A stretch of DNA of 62,467 nucleotides, taken from positions 8,450,456 to 8,512,922 of the forward strand of contig NC_057756.1 in the NCBI RefSeq assembly GCF_004010195.1, in the 5' to 3' direction. The DNA is from Chiloscyllium plagiosum (Eukaryota). The notes below the pieces were generated by a model. It searched no databases. It had not been told where the DNA came from and saw nothing but the letters and a program-made list of their open reading frames with translations. Position numbers and translations under genes: made by a program. Below, one piece after another: positions 1 to 11,779 of the stretch (positions within the stretch are counted from its first letter, which is position 1; every line of letters begins with the position of its first letter).

Positions 1-134
1 GGAGTGGCATTTTTGATTCGGGATAGCATTATTTTTTTGCTTAGGGAAGATATTCCTGGGAGTATGCCCAGTGAAGTTATTTAGGTGGAACTGGGAAATA
101 AGAAAGGGATGATCACCGTGTTGGGGTTTTCTGC

Positions 135-590
135 ATGAATTTCGTCCGGGTGCTCTGGTTTCCTCCCACAGTCCAAAGATGTGCAGGTTGGGTGGATTGT
201 CCAGGCTGAATTGTCCACAGTGTTCAGGGATGTGCCGGCTGGGTGGATTATCTAGGCTGAATTGCACACAGTGTTGAGGGGATGTGCAGGTTGGGTGGAT
301 TATCCAGGCTGAATTGCTCATAGTGTCCAGGGATGTGCCGGCTGGATGGATTATCCAGGCTGAATTGCCCACAGTGTTGAGGGGATGTGCAGGTTGGGTG
401 GATTATCCAGGCTGAATTGTCCACAGTGTTGAGGGATGCGCAGGTTGGGTGGATTATCCAGGCTGAATTGCCCATAATGTTCAGGGACGTGTAGGTTGGC
501 TGGCCCTGGGAAATGCAATGTTATAGGGGGAGGTTAGGAGGCCTGGTCAGTATCAATGTGATGGGCTGAATGACCTGCTTCCACACTGTT
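135..590 (+). mobile_element. 5'-truncated HE1-type SINE with an internal ~52-bp tandem expansion, inside a CR1 endonuclease fragment (1-130, 600-710)
   Basis: tccgggtgctctggtttcctcccacagtccaaagatgtgcagg body; about 6 copies of gatgtgcaggttgggtggattatccaggctgaattg...; CR1-like tail. Confidence 0.85.
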
Positions 591-709
591 GGGAGTCTCT
601 GATAATTCTACAAGTTTTAAAATAGTTACAGAAAATAATATACCAGATCTAAAAGTTAAGGTTCTGAATTGGACAAAGGCCAATTTTGAAGGCACAAGGC
701 AAGAACTTT

Positions 710-2300
710 CATCTGACCCCTCAAGCCTGCTCTGCCATTCAATAAGATCAGGGCTGATCTTTTCATGGCCTCAGCTCCACTTTCCTGCTCTCTCACCATA
801 ACCCTTAATTCTTTTTTCTGTTCACAAATCTACCTTTTGCCTTGAAGGCATTCAAGTTGATAAAGTCAAATGCTGCACTCGGCAGGGAATTTCACAGATT
901 CACAACCCTTTAGCTGAAGAAGCGTCTCCTGAACTCAATCCTAAATCTGCTCCCCCTTATTTTGAGGTAATGCTCTGTAGATTGACCCGCCCCAGTGCAA
1001 ATAGCCTCCCTGCTTCTATCTTATCTACTCCCTTCATAATTTTATTTTTTTCCTCTCCAACTTCCCATTCTTCTAAATTACAATGACTATAGAACCAGTT
1101 TTCTCAATTTCTTCACATACACCAATCCTCTCAACTCCTGACTCAAACTAGTGAACCTCCTCTGTACTCCCTCCAGTGCCAGTACATCCTTCCTGAAGTA
1201 AGGAGACCAAACCTGTACACAGGACTCCAGGTCTGGCCTCCCCAGCACCCTGTACAGCTGCAGCATAACCACCCCTCTAGCAATGAAGGACAATATTCCC
1301 TTCACTGTCTTAATTACCTGCCGCACCTGAAAACCAACTTCCTGTGATTGATGCACAAGGACACCCAGCTCCCTCTGCACAGCAACATGGTGCACATTTT
1401 CACCATTTCATCATCCAGTTTGCTGTTAGTCCGACCAAAATGGATGGCCTCACATCCCAACATTGAACTCCATCTGCCAGATCCTTACCCACGCGCGTAA
1501 CTGATCTGTATTCCTGTGCAGACTTACAGTGGCCTCTGCAGACATTGTTCTACCTCATCTTCGTATCAAATGTGAACTCTGACACCGTACACTTCGTCCT
1601 CAACTCCAAAACATTTGTGTAAGTTGTAAACAGTTGTACTGCCAACACTAATCCAAACTCACATTTATCCCCATTCTTTACTTTTTGTTGGTTAACCGAT
1701 CCTGTATCAATGATAATACATTACCCATAATGCTATGAATCTTTACCTTATACAGCAGCCTTTTATGTGGCAACTTATCGAATGCCTTCTGGAAATCCAA
1801 GTACACCACATCCACCGAGTCCGCCTTGTCCAGCGCACTCGTCGTATCCTCAAGTAATTCCAGTAAATGCATTAAGCGTGACATGTCTTTCATGAATCCA
1901 TGCTTTGTCTGCTCAATGAGAGAGTTTCTACCCAGATATCTCACCACTACTTCCTTGAGGTTCAAGCATTTTCTCCACAACAGAAGTTAAACTAACGTTT
2001 TGTAAAATAGTGGCACCACATTTGAGCTTCCATTCTGTCAAAACCATCCTGGCACCACATTTGAGCTTCCATTCTGTCAAAACCATCCCAGAATCCAACA
2101 AATTTTAGTGAATTGTCACAAGATCTATTTGTTATTTACCACCCCCCCCCCTCTCCCCTTCCCTTCCCACCATCTCTTTTAGTCCCTGGGATGCATTCCA
2201 TCAGAGTCAGGAGACCCATCTACCTTTAGGGTGTTATCTTTCCCAACACTACCTCTTTACTGAGAATGATTGTTTCTGTATCCTCATCTGCCATTGCCTC
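710..2300 (-). mobile_element. Decayed CR1 LINE, RT to 3' end
   Basis: ORF pieces VDVVYLDFQKAFDKLPHKRLL and LESCVQVWSPYFRKDVLALEGVQRRFT. Confidence 0.92.
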
Positions 2301-2729
2301 CATAGGCCTGCGACAATGAGAGTACATAGACAGTATGTTCCTGTTGAGGCCAAGGCTCTTAGGTGTAAAGAATGCTGCCTGATGAAAGAAATTGTGGACC
2401 TGGTCAAGAAAATGAAGGAGGCATATGGCAGGTACAGAGAGCTGTGTTTGTGTGAATCCCTAGAGGAGTGTAGNNNNNNNNNNNNNNNNNNNNNNNNNNN
2501 NNNNNNNNNNNNNNNNNNNNNNNGTGCGCGCCGCCATCTTTATTCGGGGCAAGAATTCACTGGACACGTGGGGAGCCGCCAGCTTTGTAGGGGGCAAGGT
2601 GCAGCCAGGCGCATATGCAGTCTTTCTCTGGTACAGAGTCATTTGGCAGGATCTACACAGAGCACATTCAAACTCAGAGAAATGGACCTTTATATCTGGA
2701 TTTGTTTCGTCATTCATTTAAATTATTTG

Positions 2730-3615
2730 GTATCGTAAATGAGTTTGCAGGTCATACAAAATTGGAGGTATTGTGGATAATGAAGAAGGTTACCTCAGAT
2801 TGCAATAAGATATTGATCAGATGTGTTTTAATTTAGATAAATGAGGTGCTGCTTTTTGGAAAAGCAAATCATGGCAGGCCTTATACACTGAATGGCAAGG
2901 TCCTGGAGACGTTTGCAGAACAAAGAGACCTTGGACGGCAGGTTCATAGTCCTTGCAAGTCAAGTTGCAGGCAGATAGCATGATGAAGAAGGTGTTCAGT
3001 ATATTTTCCTTTATTGGTTAGAGCATTGAGTATAGGATGTGGGAGGTCATGTTGCTGTACAGGACATTTGTTAGGCCACTTTTGGAATAGTGTGCGCAGT
3101 TCTGGCCTGCCTCCTATCAGAAGGGTGCTGTAAAACTTGAAAGGTTTCAAAAAAGACTTACGAAGATGTTGTTCGGGTTGGAGGATTTGAGCTGTGGGGT
3201 GAGGCATAAAAGGCTGAGACTGTTTTCCCTGGAGTGCCAGAGGCTGAGTGGTGATGTTATGGAGGTTTATACAATCATGAGGGGCATGAATAGAGTAAAT
3301 GAACAAGGTGTTTTCCCTGGAATGGTGGTGTCCAGATGTAGAGGGCATTGCTTTAGGGTGAATGGATAAAATTTCAAAGGGACCTAAAGGACAACTCTTT
3401 CATGCAATGGATGGAATGAGCTGCCAGAGGAAGTGGTGGAGGCTAGTACAATTAAATCATGTTAAAGGAATCTAAATAGACACATGATATGATTAGGAAG
3501 CATTTACAGGGATATGGGCCAAGTGCTGGCAAATGGGAATAGATTAGGTTTGGTTACCTGGTTGGCGTGGATGAGTTAGACCGAAGGGTCTTTGTCGGTG
3601 CTGTTCATCTCTATG
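2730..3615 (+). mobile_element. CR1 LINE 3' part
   Basis: FA..TK; RLRLFSLECQRLSGDVMEVYTIMRG; tail gaccgaagggtct...tctctatg. Confidence 0.9.
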
Positions 3616-4959
3616 TGGGATCATAACAGCTTATACTGCTCTGATTCATCTCTGGGCTCCCTCATGACCACTTTGTCAATATCTAGCTTCCTCAATCTCG
3701 AACAATGGGTGCATATTTGGTCTGTTTGTTATTTTACTATTACTTTTACAGACATTTTTGTAAGTTAATGTACTATTACTTTTACAGACATTTTTGTAAG
3801 TTAATGTTTCACTGCCGCACAGCCCCTGACCATATGGTGCTTATTAATTTTTTTCTGGAAAATCTTTGACAGTCGAGAATTCTTTTTTTCCAATAAGCAA
3901 ATGCATTTTCCTTCCATTTCTGACTATCAAATTCTGCACCACTTTCATGACCTGTAATCCGTTTTGCACTCCCTGAAACATCGACTGTGTTTCTCCTTCC
4001 AGTGATTAATGCCAAATCCCTGTTGCCTGTGGAGAGGGTGATGTTTGACTTTCTTGTACAGCTGCAGTTTGTGTGGTGAAGGTGCTCTCACAGTGTGGTT
4101 GGGTAAGAGACATTACAGAGTATTCATGACAGCAACAGTGATGATTTGAAGGTAATGTCCAAATCAAGAACAGTTTGTAGTTTTATTATCCTGCTTATAA
4201 TTTCACAAAAATATTATTGGGAACTTTAGGCATAAGGTCAGAGACTGATGATGTTAAGTCAGGTGACCAAAAGCATTGCCAAATAAGCAGGCTTTGAGGA
4301 ATGTCTTAAAGGAGGAAAGCAGACCTGTGAGGTTTTGGCTGCGAATTTCAGAAAATGTTGCTTAGGCAACTGTAAAAGCAGCCATACAGGTGAAATAATG
4401 AATGAAAAGATCATGGGGTGTTTCGAACACAATGGGTTGTCGAGGTCTACAAGGATGTGTGATGCGGCGAGCTAGGGATGATCACAACCAGGAATTAAAT
4501 CAAGAATGAGAATTTTAAATTGAGGGATGTGGGCCAGATGCTGGCAGATGAGACTACATTGGGTTGGAATATCTGGTCGGCATGGACGGGTTGGATTGAA
4601 GGGTGTGTTTCCATGCTGTACATCTCTGTGGCTCTATGTTGTTGATTATGAATAGGAGCCTTTTGATGGATCAACATGTTTTGGTACGAGGGAGTACTTG
4701 GGCAGCAGAGATTTAGTTTTTCGTGAGATTACAGGGAGGTTGAATGTGGGAAGCTGGTAGGAGTGTGTTTGGATAATGAATTCTGGAGATAACACAAGGT
4801 GGATGAGAGTATATGAGCTGAGACAAGGGTAGAATCAGCTAGAAATAGTGGTCTTGGAGTGGGCCTGGGCTGTCACCCTCACCTTACCTCTGGAATTCAG
4901 TTGGTCGTCAGGTTGTGAATCAGGGCGGTAACACAATCGGGACCTGAGTTGCCATGGTG

Positions 4960-6330
4960 GAGCATAAAATGAGTGTCGCTCAGTTGCTGTTGCTGAGCAG
5001 CTGCTGCTTGGTAGCCCTGTTGATGACATCTTCCATCACTTTACTGCTGATCGAGTGTGGACTGATAGAGGGAAATTGCCTGGGTTGGATTGTCCTGTGT
5101 TGAACATGCCTGGGCAATGTTCTACATTGTTGGTAGATGCCAGTGCTGGAGCGGTACTTGGCTCGGTTGGTGGCAAGTTCTGGAGAACAAGCCATCAGTA
5201 TTATTGCCAGAATATTGACAGGGCCCGTAGCCTTTGCACGACTTAAGCATTTCTTGATGTTATTCAAACAGAATCAAACTGGCTTAAAACTCACATCTGT
5301 GATGTTGGAAACCACTGGAGAAGGCCGAGATGGATCATCTCACTTTACACTTCTGGCTGCAGATTGCTGTAAATGCTGTCATCTTATCTGGTGCATGGAT
5401 GTGTGAGGCCCTTCGGTCAGTAAAGGAGGGGATTTCTGTGATGTTTCCTCCAGTGAGTTGTTTAATTGTCCATCACCGTTCACAACTGGGTGTAGCAGAT
5501 CTGCAGAGCTCCGATCTGTTCCATTGATTGTGGGATCGTTTAGCTCTGTTGCTTGCTGCTGATGCTGTTTGAAAGGCAGATGGTCCTGTTTGGTAGCTTC
5601 ACCAGGTTGGCACTTCATATTTAGGTCTGCCTGGTGCTGCTCATGGCATGCCCTCCTTTACTATCCATTGTGATGGGCGAGTGCGGGACGTACAAACCCA
5701 TGAGATTTCAGATTGTGCTGGAGTACAGTTCTGATGCTGTTGATGTCCCACAGTGCCTCAGAGATACCCAGTTTGAGATCCTACATCTCTTCAAAGTCTG
5801 TCCCAATTAGAACGGTGATAGTGCCACTCAACACAATGGAGGTTTTTCTGAACTTTAAGCCAAGACTTGTGTCTCCAAAAGGAATGTGTGATGGTCACTC
5901 TTACTGATACTGTCATGCACAGATGTATCTGTAGCTGGTCAATTCATAACAATGAGATCAAGTATGTTTTTCTCTATTGTTGGTTCCCTCACCACCCGCT
6001 GCAGACTTAGATGAACAGTTATGTCCTTTAGGACCTGACCAGTTCAGTCAGTAATTCTGTTGCAGAGGTAGTCTCGATTGTGGACATTGAATTCCTGCAC
6101 CCAGAGTACGTTTGACACCATTTTACTTCCTCAGTGCTTCCTTCAAATGTTGTTCAACATGAAGGAGAACTGATCCATCAGCCAAGGGAGGAGGGGATGT
6201 GGTAATCAGCAGGAGCCATGAGATTTCCTGGTGTCTGGAGTCAATGCTGAGTAATCCCAGGGCAAATCCTCCCTGTTTGTGCCACGACCTCAGCCTGGTC
6301 TGTCCTGCTGGTGGGGCAGGACATATCCTG
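4960..6330 (-). mobile_element. Decayed CR1/L2-group LINE (endonuclease to RT N-terminus)
   Basis: KATGPVNILAIILMACSPELA...ISSKVME in ORF 4980-5267. Confidence 0.8.
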
Positions 6331-6990
6331 AGATTTCAGGAGAAAGTGAAGACTGCAGATGCTGGAGATCAGAGTCAAGAGTCTGGTGCTGAAAAAGCAC
6401 AGCAGGTCAGGCTGATGAAGGGCTGCTCCTCGGATGCTGCCTGACCTGTTGTGCTTTTCCATCACCACAATCTCAATATCTTGGGATGGTGATGGTGGTG
6501 TCTGGTCATTGTCTGTAAGGGTTGAGTATGACTATGTCAGCCTGTTCCTTGATTGGTCTGTGAGACAGCTCTGCACATTTTGGCACCAAAATCCAGATGT
6601 TAGTCTGGAGGACGTTGCACCATCGAGAGGGCTGATTCTGTGGTTGTATTAAATGGTGCCTTCTTAGATGCTGAGTGGTCCATCCAGTTTCATTCCTTTG
6701 TTGAGACTTTGCAGTGATTAATATAGTGAGTAGCTGGCTGGGCCACTGTCAGGTTGGCAGTTTTTTTTTCCGCCATTGACAATGATTACATGGAGATCAG
6801 GAGATTTTTTCCGCCATTGACAATGATTACATGGAGATCAGGAGATCACTAATTCCAGGTATTTTTTCTTGAATTCAGATTCCACATCTGCCAAGATGGG
6901 ATTCGAACCAGGATTTCAGTCGTTTGTTTTAATATTTTGGATAAAACTTAAACACATTAGGTTTGTTCACTCACTTTAAATATCACTTAC

Positions 6991-7140
6991 CCAGGTTTTG
7001 TTTCTTTGTGAAACATTGTTCATCATCCTGTCTCCTCCATCCTTCGCTCCAACAACAGGAGTTTGGAGTACATGGAGTTTCTCTGTCACTAAGACTGAGA
7101 TAATCCGATCTGCTGCTTCCCTCCCTCCTCCCTCCTCCCT
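6991..7140 (-). other. Orphan first-exon-like segment with a strong donor
   Basis: Minus strand ATG ATG AAC...TGG|gtaagt (MMNNVSQRNKTW) in non-repeat sequence, downstream of a purine-rich tract; no partner exon identified. Confidence 0.3.
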
Positions 7141-7419
7141 CCTCCCTCCCACGAGCCCACTGAGTCACACTGCCTCACGTGGTGTTCGTTTTTGTCCAAA
7201 CCTACATCTTTCTCCAATCTCATCTCATGTCAAGCCTTATCAGAGCTCATCTTGACCCTTTACCCTAATCTTACTAAACCATAGACTTTCCAACTCTCTT
7301 TTCTCCTCCTCTTCATCAGTCCCCCTCACCGATTCACAGACATTGTTCCTTGTTCTGTCTTTTCTGGTTATGTGCTTCTCTCCCATTCTGTGAAAAACTG
7401 ACATTTGACCTCATTTTTT

Positions 7420-7960
7420 TGGAAAATCCTGCTCCATCTCCACTCTCCCTTTCCTTTCTGAATTCCTTGCATTTGGTGTCCCTCATGGATCTATCCTTGC
7501 TCTCTCCTGTATCTCACCTACATACTGCCAGGAGGTGACATTGTGTAACAGCACCATGTTGGGTTTCACATGTACACTGACAATGCCCAGATCTCCCTCC
7601 GCATCATCCCTCTCCATTACTCCACTGTTACTCAGTTATCAAACTGCTTATCACGCTCCGACTACTCGATTAGGTGCGGTTTCCTCCAATGAAACATTGT
7701 AGTGGTTAAACCCGTTGCCTGACAAATTCCTTTCCCTTACTGCTGAGCCTCTCTCTCCCACTGGGAACTATGCAGCAGAACTACACTCTTCACAGTATTG
7801 CAGTTATATCTGACGCGAAGCTGACCTTCTGATCAGACATCTACACATCCCAAACACCAGGAATTCCAATCTCTTAAACGTTGATTGTCTCCTCCTCACC
7901 CCTGCTCCATTGCTACTGAAACCCCTTACCCGTGTCAGTGTTGCCTTAAACTTGACGAAT
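7420..7960 (+). mobile_element. L2 LINE RT fragment (paralogous to 11230-11770)
   Basis: GDIV...FHMYTDNAQ, a decayed FHMYADDTQLY motif. Confidence 0.75.
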
Positions 7961-8089
7961 CCGAAACAGAACCCTTGATTCTGTGACTGACTCAGAATCT
8001 GGTTTCAAACTCCCCCCCTCAGTATTTACACTCAGATACATCAGTATTTATTCTGTCAAACCCCTTAAGAATCTGGTGGTCCGGTCTGA

Positions 8090-8480
8090 TTGTAGCTAGT
8101 GGAAATGGCAGAGAATGATGTGTTGTATCTGGGTGGAAGGTAAGGACTTGGGGGGGTGTTCTATCCTTGTTGCAGTTGGAGGTGTGGGTTTCAAAGGCAG
8201 AGGTGCGGGAAGTGGAGGAGATATAGTGGATGGTAGTGACACATGGGAACGGAAATTGCAGTCCTTGAAATACGGGGCCATTTTGTATGTTCTGGCCTCA
8301 GTGGAACACGGCAGTAAGCATGAGACAGAGATGTTGGCCAGGGAACAGGCTTGTGTGTTAAAGTGGCAGGCAGCTGGAAGCTCGGGGTCTGTTTTTGCAG
8401 CAGAACGTAGATCATCAGTCGCCATTTCCACCACCTCCACGGAGATGCTGCCAGACACAGGTTCCTGTCCCCTCCATTAA
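8090..8480 (-). mobile_element. Penelope-like GIY-YIG endonuclease fragment
   Basis: PELPAACHFNTQACSLANISVSCLLPCSTEAR. Confidence 0.7.
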
Positions 8481-8784
8481 CAGCTATGCACCCTCCCAGC
8501 CAGATCATAATCCAATCCTTTGTCTTTCCAAATTTTCCGATCTGTCTTTGGGTTCTGTCCCTGCCGATGATTTCCTCTTTAACCTCTGTCTCCTGCAGTA
8601 CAAAGATCTGCAGGTTAGTTGAATTGGGGGTTAGGTACAGTGAGGCGCATGTGCATGTCCCCTTCCGAGGATTGGGGGGTGGGGTAGCGGTGTGCGATTT
8701 GAAGAGAGGCATTTACACATCAAGCACATACTTAGAAAAAATTATGTCTTTATATTCTTCCTGGACTGACTGTGAGTTTTGTTA

Positions 8785-8955
8785 ATGGAGTCATCAGGAT
8801 CTGAATATCATTGGCATTTAACTGTGGAAGGAGAAAGGTTTGTCTGTTCTGTTTGTGGGAAGATATCTCCAATATTTTTGTTAAGCAGAAAGATGTACAA
8901 TTTCATGGTTGGATCACCCTTTGGGTGTGTGCTCTGTTCTGGGCCCTGCAGCTGA
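8785..8955 (+). pseudogene. C2H2 zinc-finger gene remnant
   Basis: 56-aa ORF MESSGSEYHWHLTVEGERFVCSVCGKI...; F-x-C-x2-C-G-K finger start, His pair absent. Confidence 0.4.
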
Positions 8956-11229
8956 GAAAGGAGATATTGGCCTCTGAGGGAGCACAGATTTATCCAAATT
9001 ACACCTCGTCTCTTTGTAAGTACTCTCAGATTTAGACCCAATCACCCACTTCATGATGTTAACCTGTAAATTTCAATTACCTGCAAACTTCCCATTAAAA
9101 ATCCTTTTGGACTCAAATTCCAGTACCTTTTCAGGTGGAATGTGGGGTTCCACAGTGATTTCGATCTGGTGCAGATTTGGTTCCAAGGTCTTGAATTTGC
9201 AGAGAGAGAGAGGAATTGTTAACACTGTCACAATTTTTAGTAACTACTTTCAAGTAATTGGCAAATAATACAAGGTGGAAATGTATGCACTATTTTACTC
9301 AGTAAGTTCTGAGCATCTGGAACAGTCTGAACGACACAGATTCAGCAGGTATTCTGAAACAGACTTGGAATTTACTTTTTAAGGAAAGATTTGGGGGGCT
9401 GTGGGCACATGGGAGGGGACTTGGGACAGACTTGCAGAATCTCCAGAGGGAGAGAGTACAGCCCCAATGGGTTGAATAGCCCCCAGCCCCTGTGCTTTGT
9501 GACACTGCCCCATTCACTGTGAATTATGAAGCTCATCCCAGGGCAGAGAGAGGGATGAGCCTCCACTCTCATCACAATGGGGCCCGGCTGATTGACGGCA
9601 GCTCCAGACCAATGGGACGAGAGTCTGTGTGGTCCTGCAGCCAATGGGATTGAATGAGGGGTGTGGCCAGCAAGACAACACCTGTCCATGAGCTGTGCAA
9701 GTGCAGTGTCACTGTTTGGGGTTGGGAGAGACTGGGGCAGATGCTGTTGGACTTGAATTACAAACTCCCAGTAAATTAAAACCAAAAGAACTGCGGAAGA
9801 TGTAAATCAGAAACGACAACCAGGAGGTTCTGGAAAAGCTCAGCAGGTCTGGCAGCATCTGTGAAGAGAAATCAGAGTTAAAGTTTAAGATCCGGTGTCC
9901 CTTCCACAGAACAGATGTTACTGAGAAAAAAAGTCAGTTTATGTGCAACTAGTTGTTAATGGAGACTGTTAATGGCTAACCATAGGTAGTGTGTAATGGC
10001 AGGCTGTGAGAATAAGGCCTGGTGTGTGTGGTAGGGGACTACGACATGACGTTGTTAACCTATGGTTAGCCACTGTCTCCATTGTAAGCTGTTGCCCACC
10101 TATATCACTCCATGATTGAAGCTGCCAAGGACACAAACCTTTGGAATATCCTCCCGAACCCCCTCTGTCCGCCTTAAAGATGTATCGAAAAATCGTTCTC
10201 TTTAATCAACGTTTCCATCATTCATGAAGCATTTTTGGAGATTTGTCAATGTGAAAGGCTCCATACAATGCAGGTAGTTGTTGTTATTGTCTGACATCAG
10301 GAGAAACAGGGATGAGCCCTCTCTTTCTTCCACCTGATGAACAGCAGCAAAAGTAGGAAGCACTGAGCATGCTCCATTCCACAATGGGCCTCGGATTATT
10401 GATGTCAGCGCAGGATCAATAAGAGTGGGGGAACGGGGGCTAGAGGTGCTAGTTGGGCCTTCAACCAATCGGAGTGAATGAGGGGCGGGACAATACTCAA
10501 CCACGTGATAAACTTCACTGATAGCACAGTGTTGTTGTGACCAATGCATTGGCAATGTGTGAAGGTGCAGGGCAGGGGAAAGGAAAGACATATTGACCAG
10601 GAAGAGGAGGAAATTTCCATAGTTTGAGATGAGAGGTTTTACAGCACATTCTAAAACGCAAATTTGAAAATCCGAAATTCTGCACCATTTTCCCTCCCTA
10701 TAATGCATTTTGCACTCCCTGAAATATCAACTGTATGTTTCTCCCTCCAAAGATACCAATGATCAGTGCCAAAGCCCCATTGCCTGTGGAGAAGGTGATG
10801 TTTGACTTCCTTGTACAGCTGCAGTTCGTGTGGTGAAGGTGCTCCCACAATGTGTTTGGTAAGAGCTGTTATAGATTATTCACTCAGTAACATTGAAGAG
10901 TTGACAATGTATGTGCAAATCAACAACAGTTTGTTTTTTTATCATGTTTATAAATCCACAGAAATACTATTGAGAACTTCTGACGTAAGGCCACAGATGG
11001 GGATATTAGGTCAGGTGATCAAAAGAATTGCCAAATAAGCAGGTTTTCAGGAATACCTTAAAGGAGGAAAGCAGGTCTGAGAGGGTTAGGGTGGGAATTC
11101 TAGACCGTGTTGTCTTGGTAACAGTAGAAACAGCCAGACAGGTGAAGCAATGAATAAACACATCGTTGGGAGTCTGAAAGAAAATGAGTTGTCGGGGTCT
11201 CACAGGTTGTGTGGTGCAGGGAGACAGGG

Positions 11230-11770
11230 AAAAACCTGCTCCATCCCAACTCTCCCTTTCCTTTCTTAATTCCTTATATTTGGTGTCCCTTAAGGATCTC
11301 TCATCGGTCCCTCCTGTTTTTCACCTACATACTGCCAGGAGGTGACATTGTCGAAAAGCACCGTGTTAGGTTTCACATGTACACTGACAATGCCCAGCTC
11401 TCCCTCACCATCATCGCTCTCCATTACTCAGTTATCAAACTGCTCATCACATCCCACTACGCGATTGGCTGCAATTTCCTGCAACGGAACGTTGCAATGG
11501 TTAAACCCATTGCCTTCAGTTGCTATTACAAATTACTTTCCCTTATTGCTGAGCCCCTCCCTCTCCCTGGGAACTATCTGAGACAGAACCGCACTCTTCA
11601 CAATATTGCACTCATATCTGACCCCAAGATGGCCTTCCGATCAGACATCTACACAATCACAAACACCAGGAATTCCAATCTCTTAAAATGTTGCTGATCT
11701 CCACCTTATTCCAGCTCTATTGCTTCTTAAACCCCTGACCTGTGTCAGTGTTGCCTTAAGCTTGACGAAT
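11230..11770 (+). mobile_element. L2 LINE RT fragment
   Basis: ORF 11209-11697 contains YILPGGDIVEKHRVRFHMYTDNAQLSL. Confidence 0.8.
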
Positions 11771-11779
11771 CCAAAACAG

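Noticed and set aside
178..510. CRISPR-like appearance of regular repeats (also 30615-30890 and 58655-59008)
   Set aside because: No unique spacers, no cas genes, eukaryotic SINE or minisatellite context.
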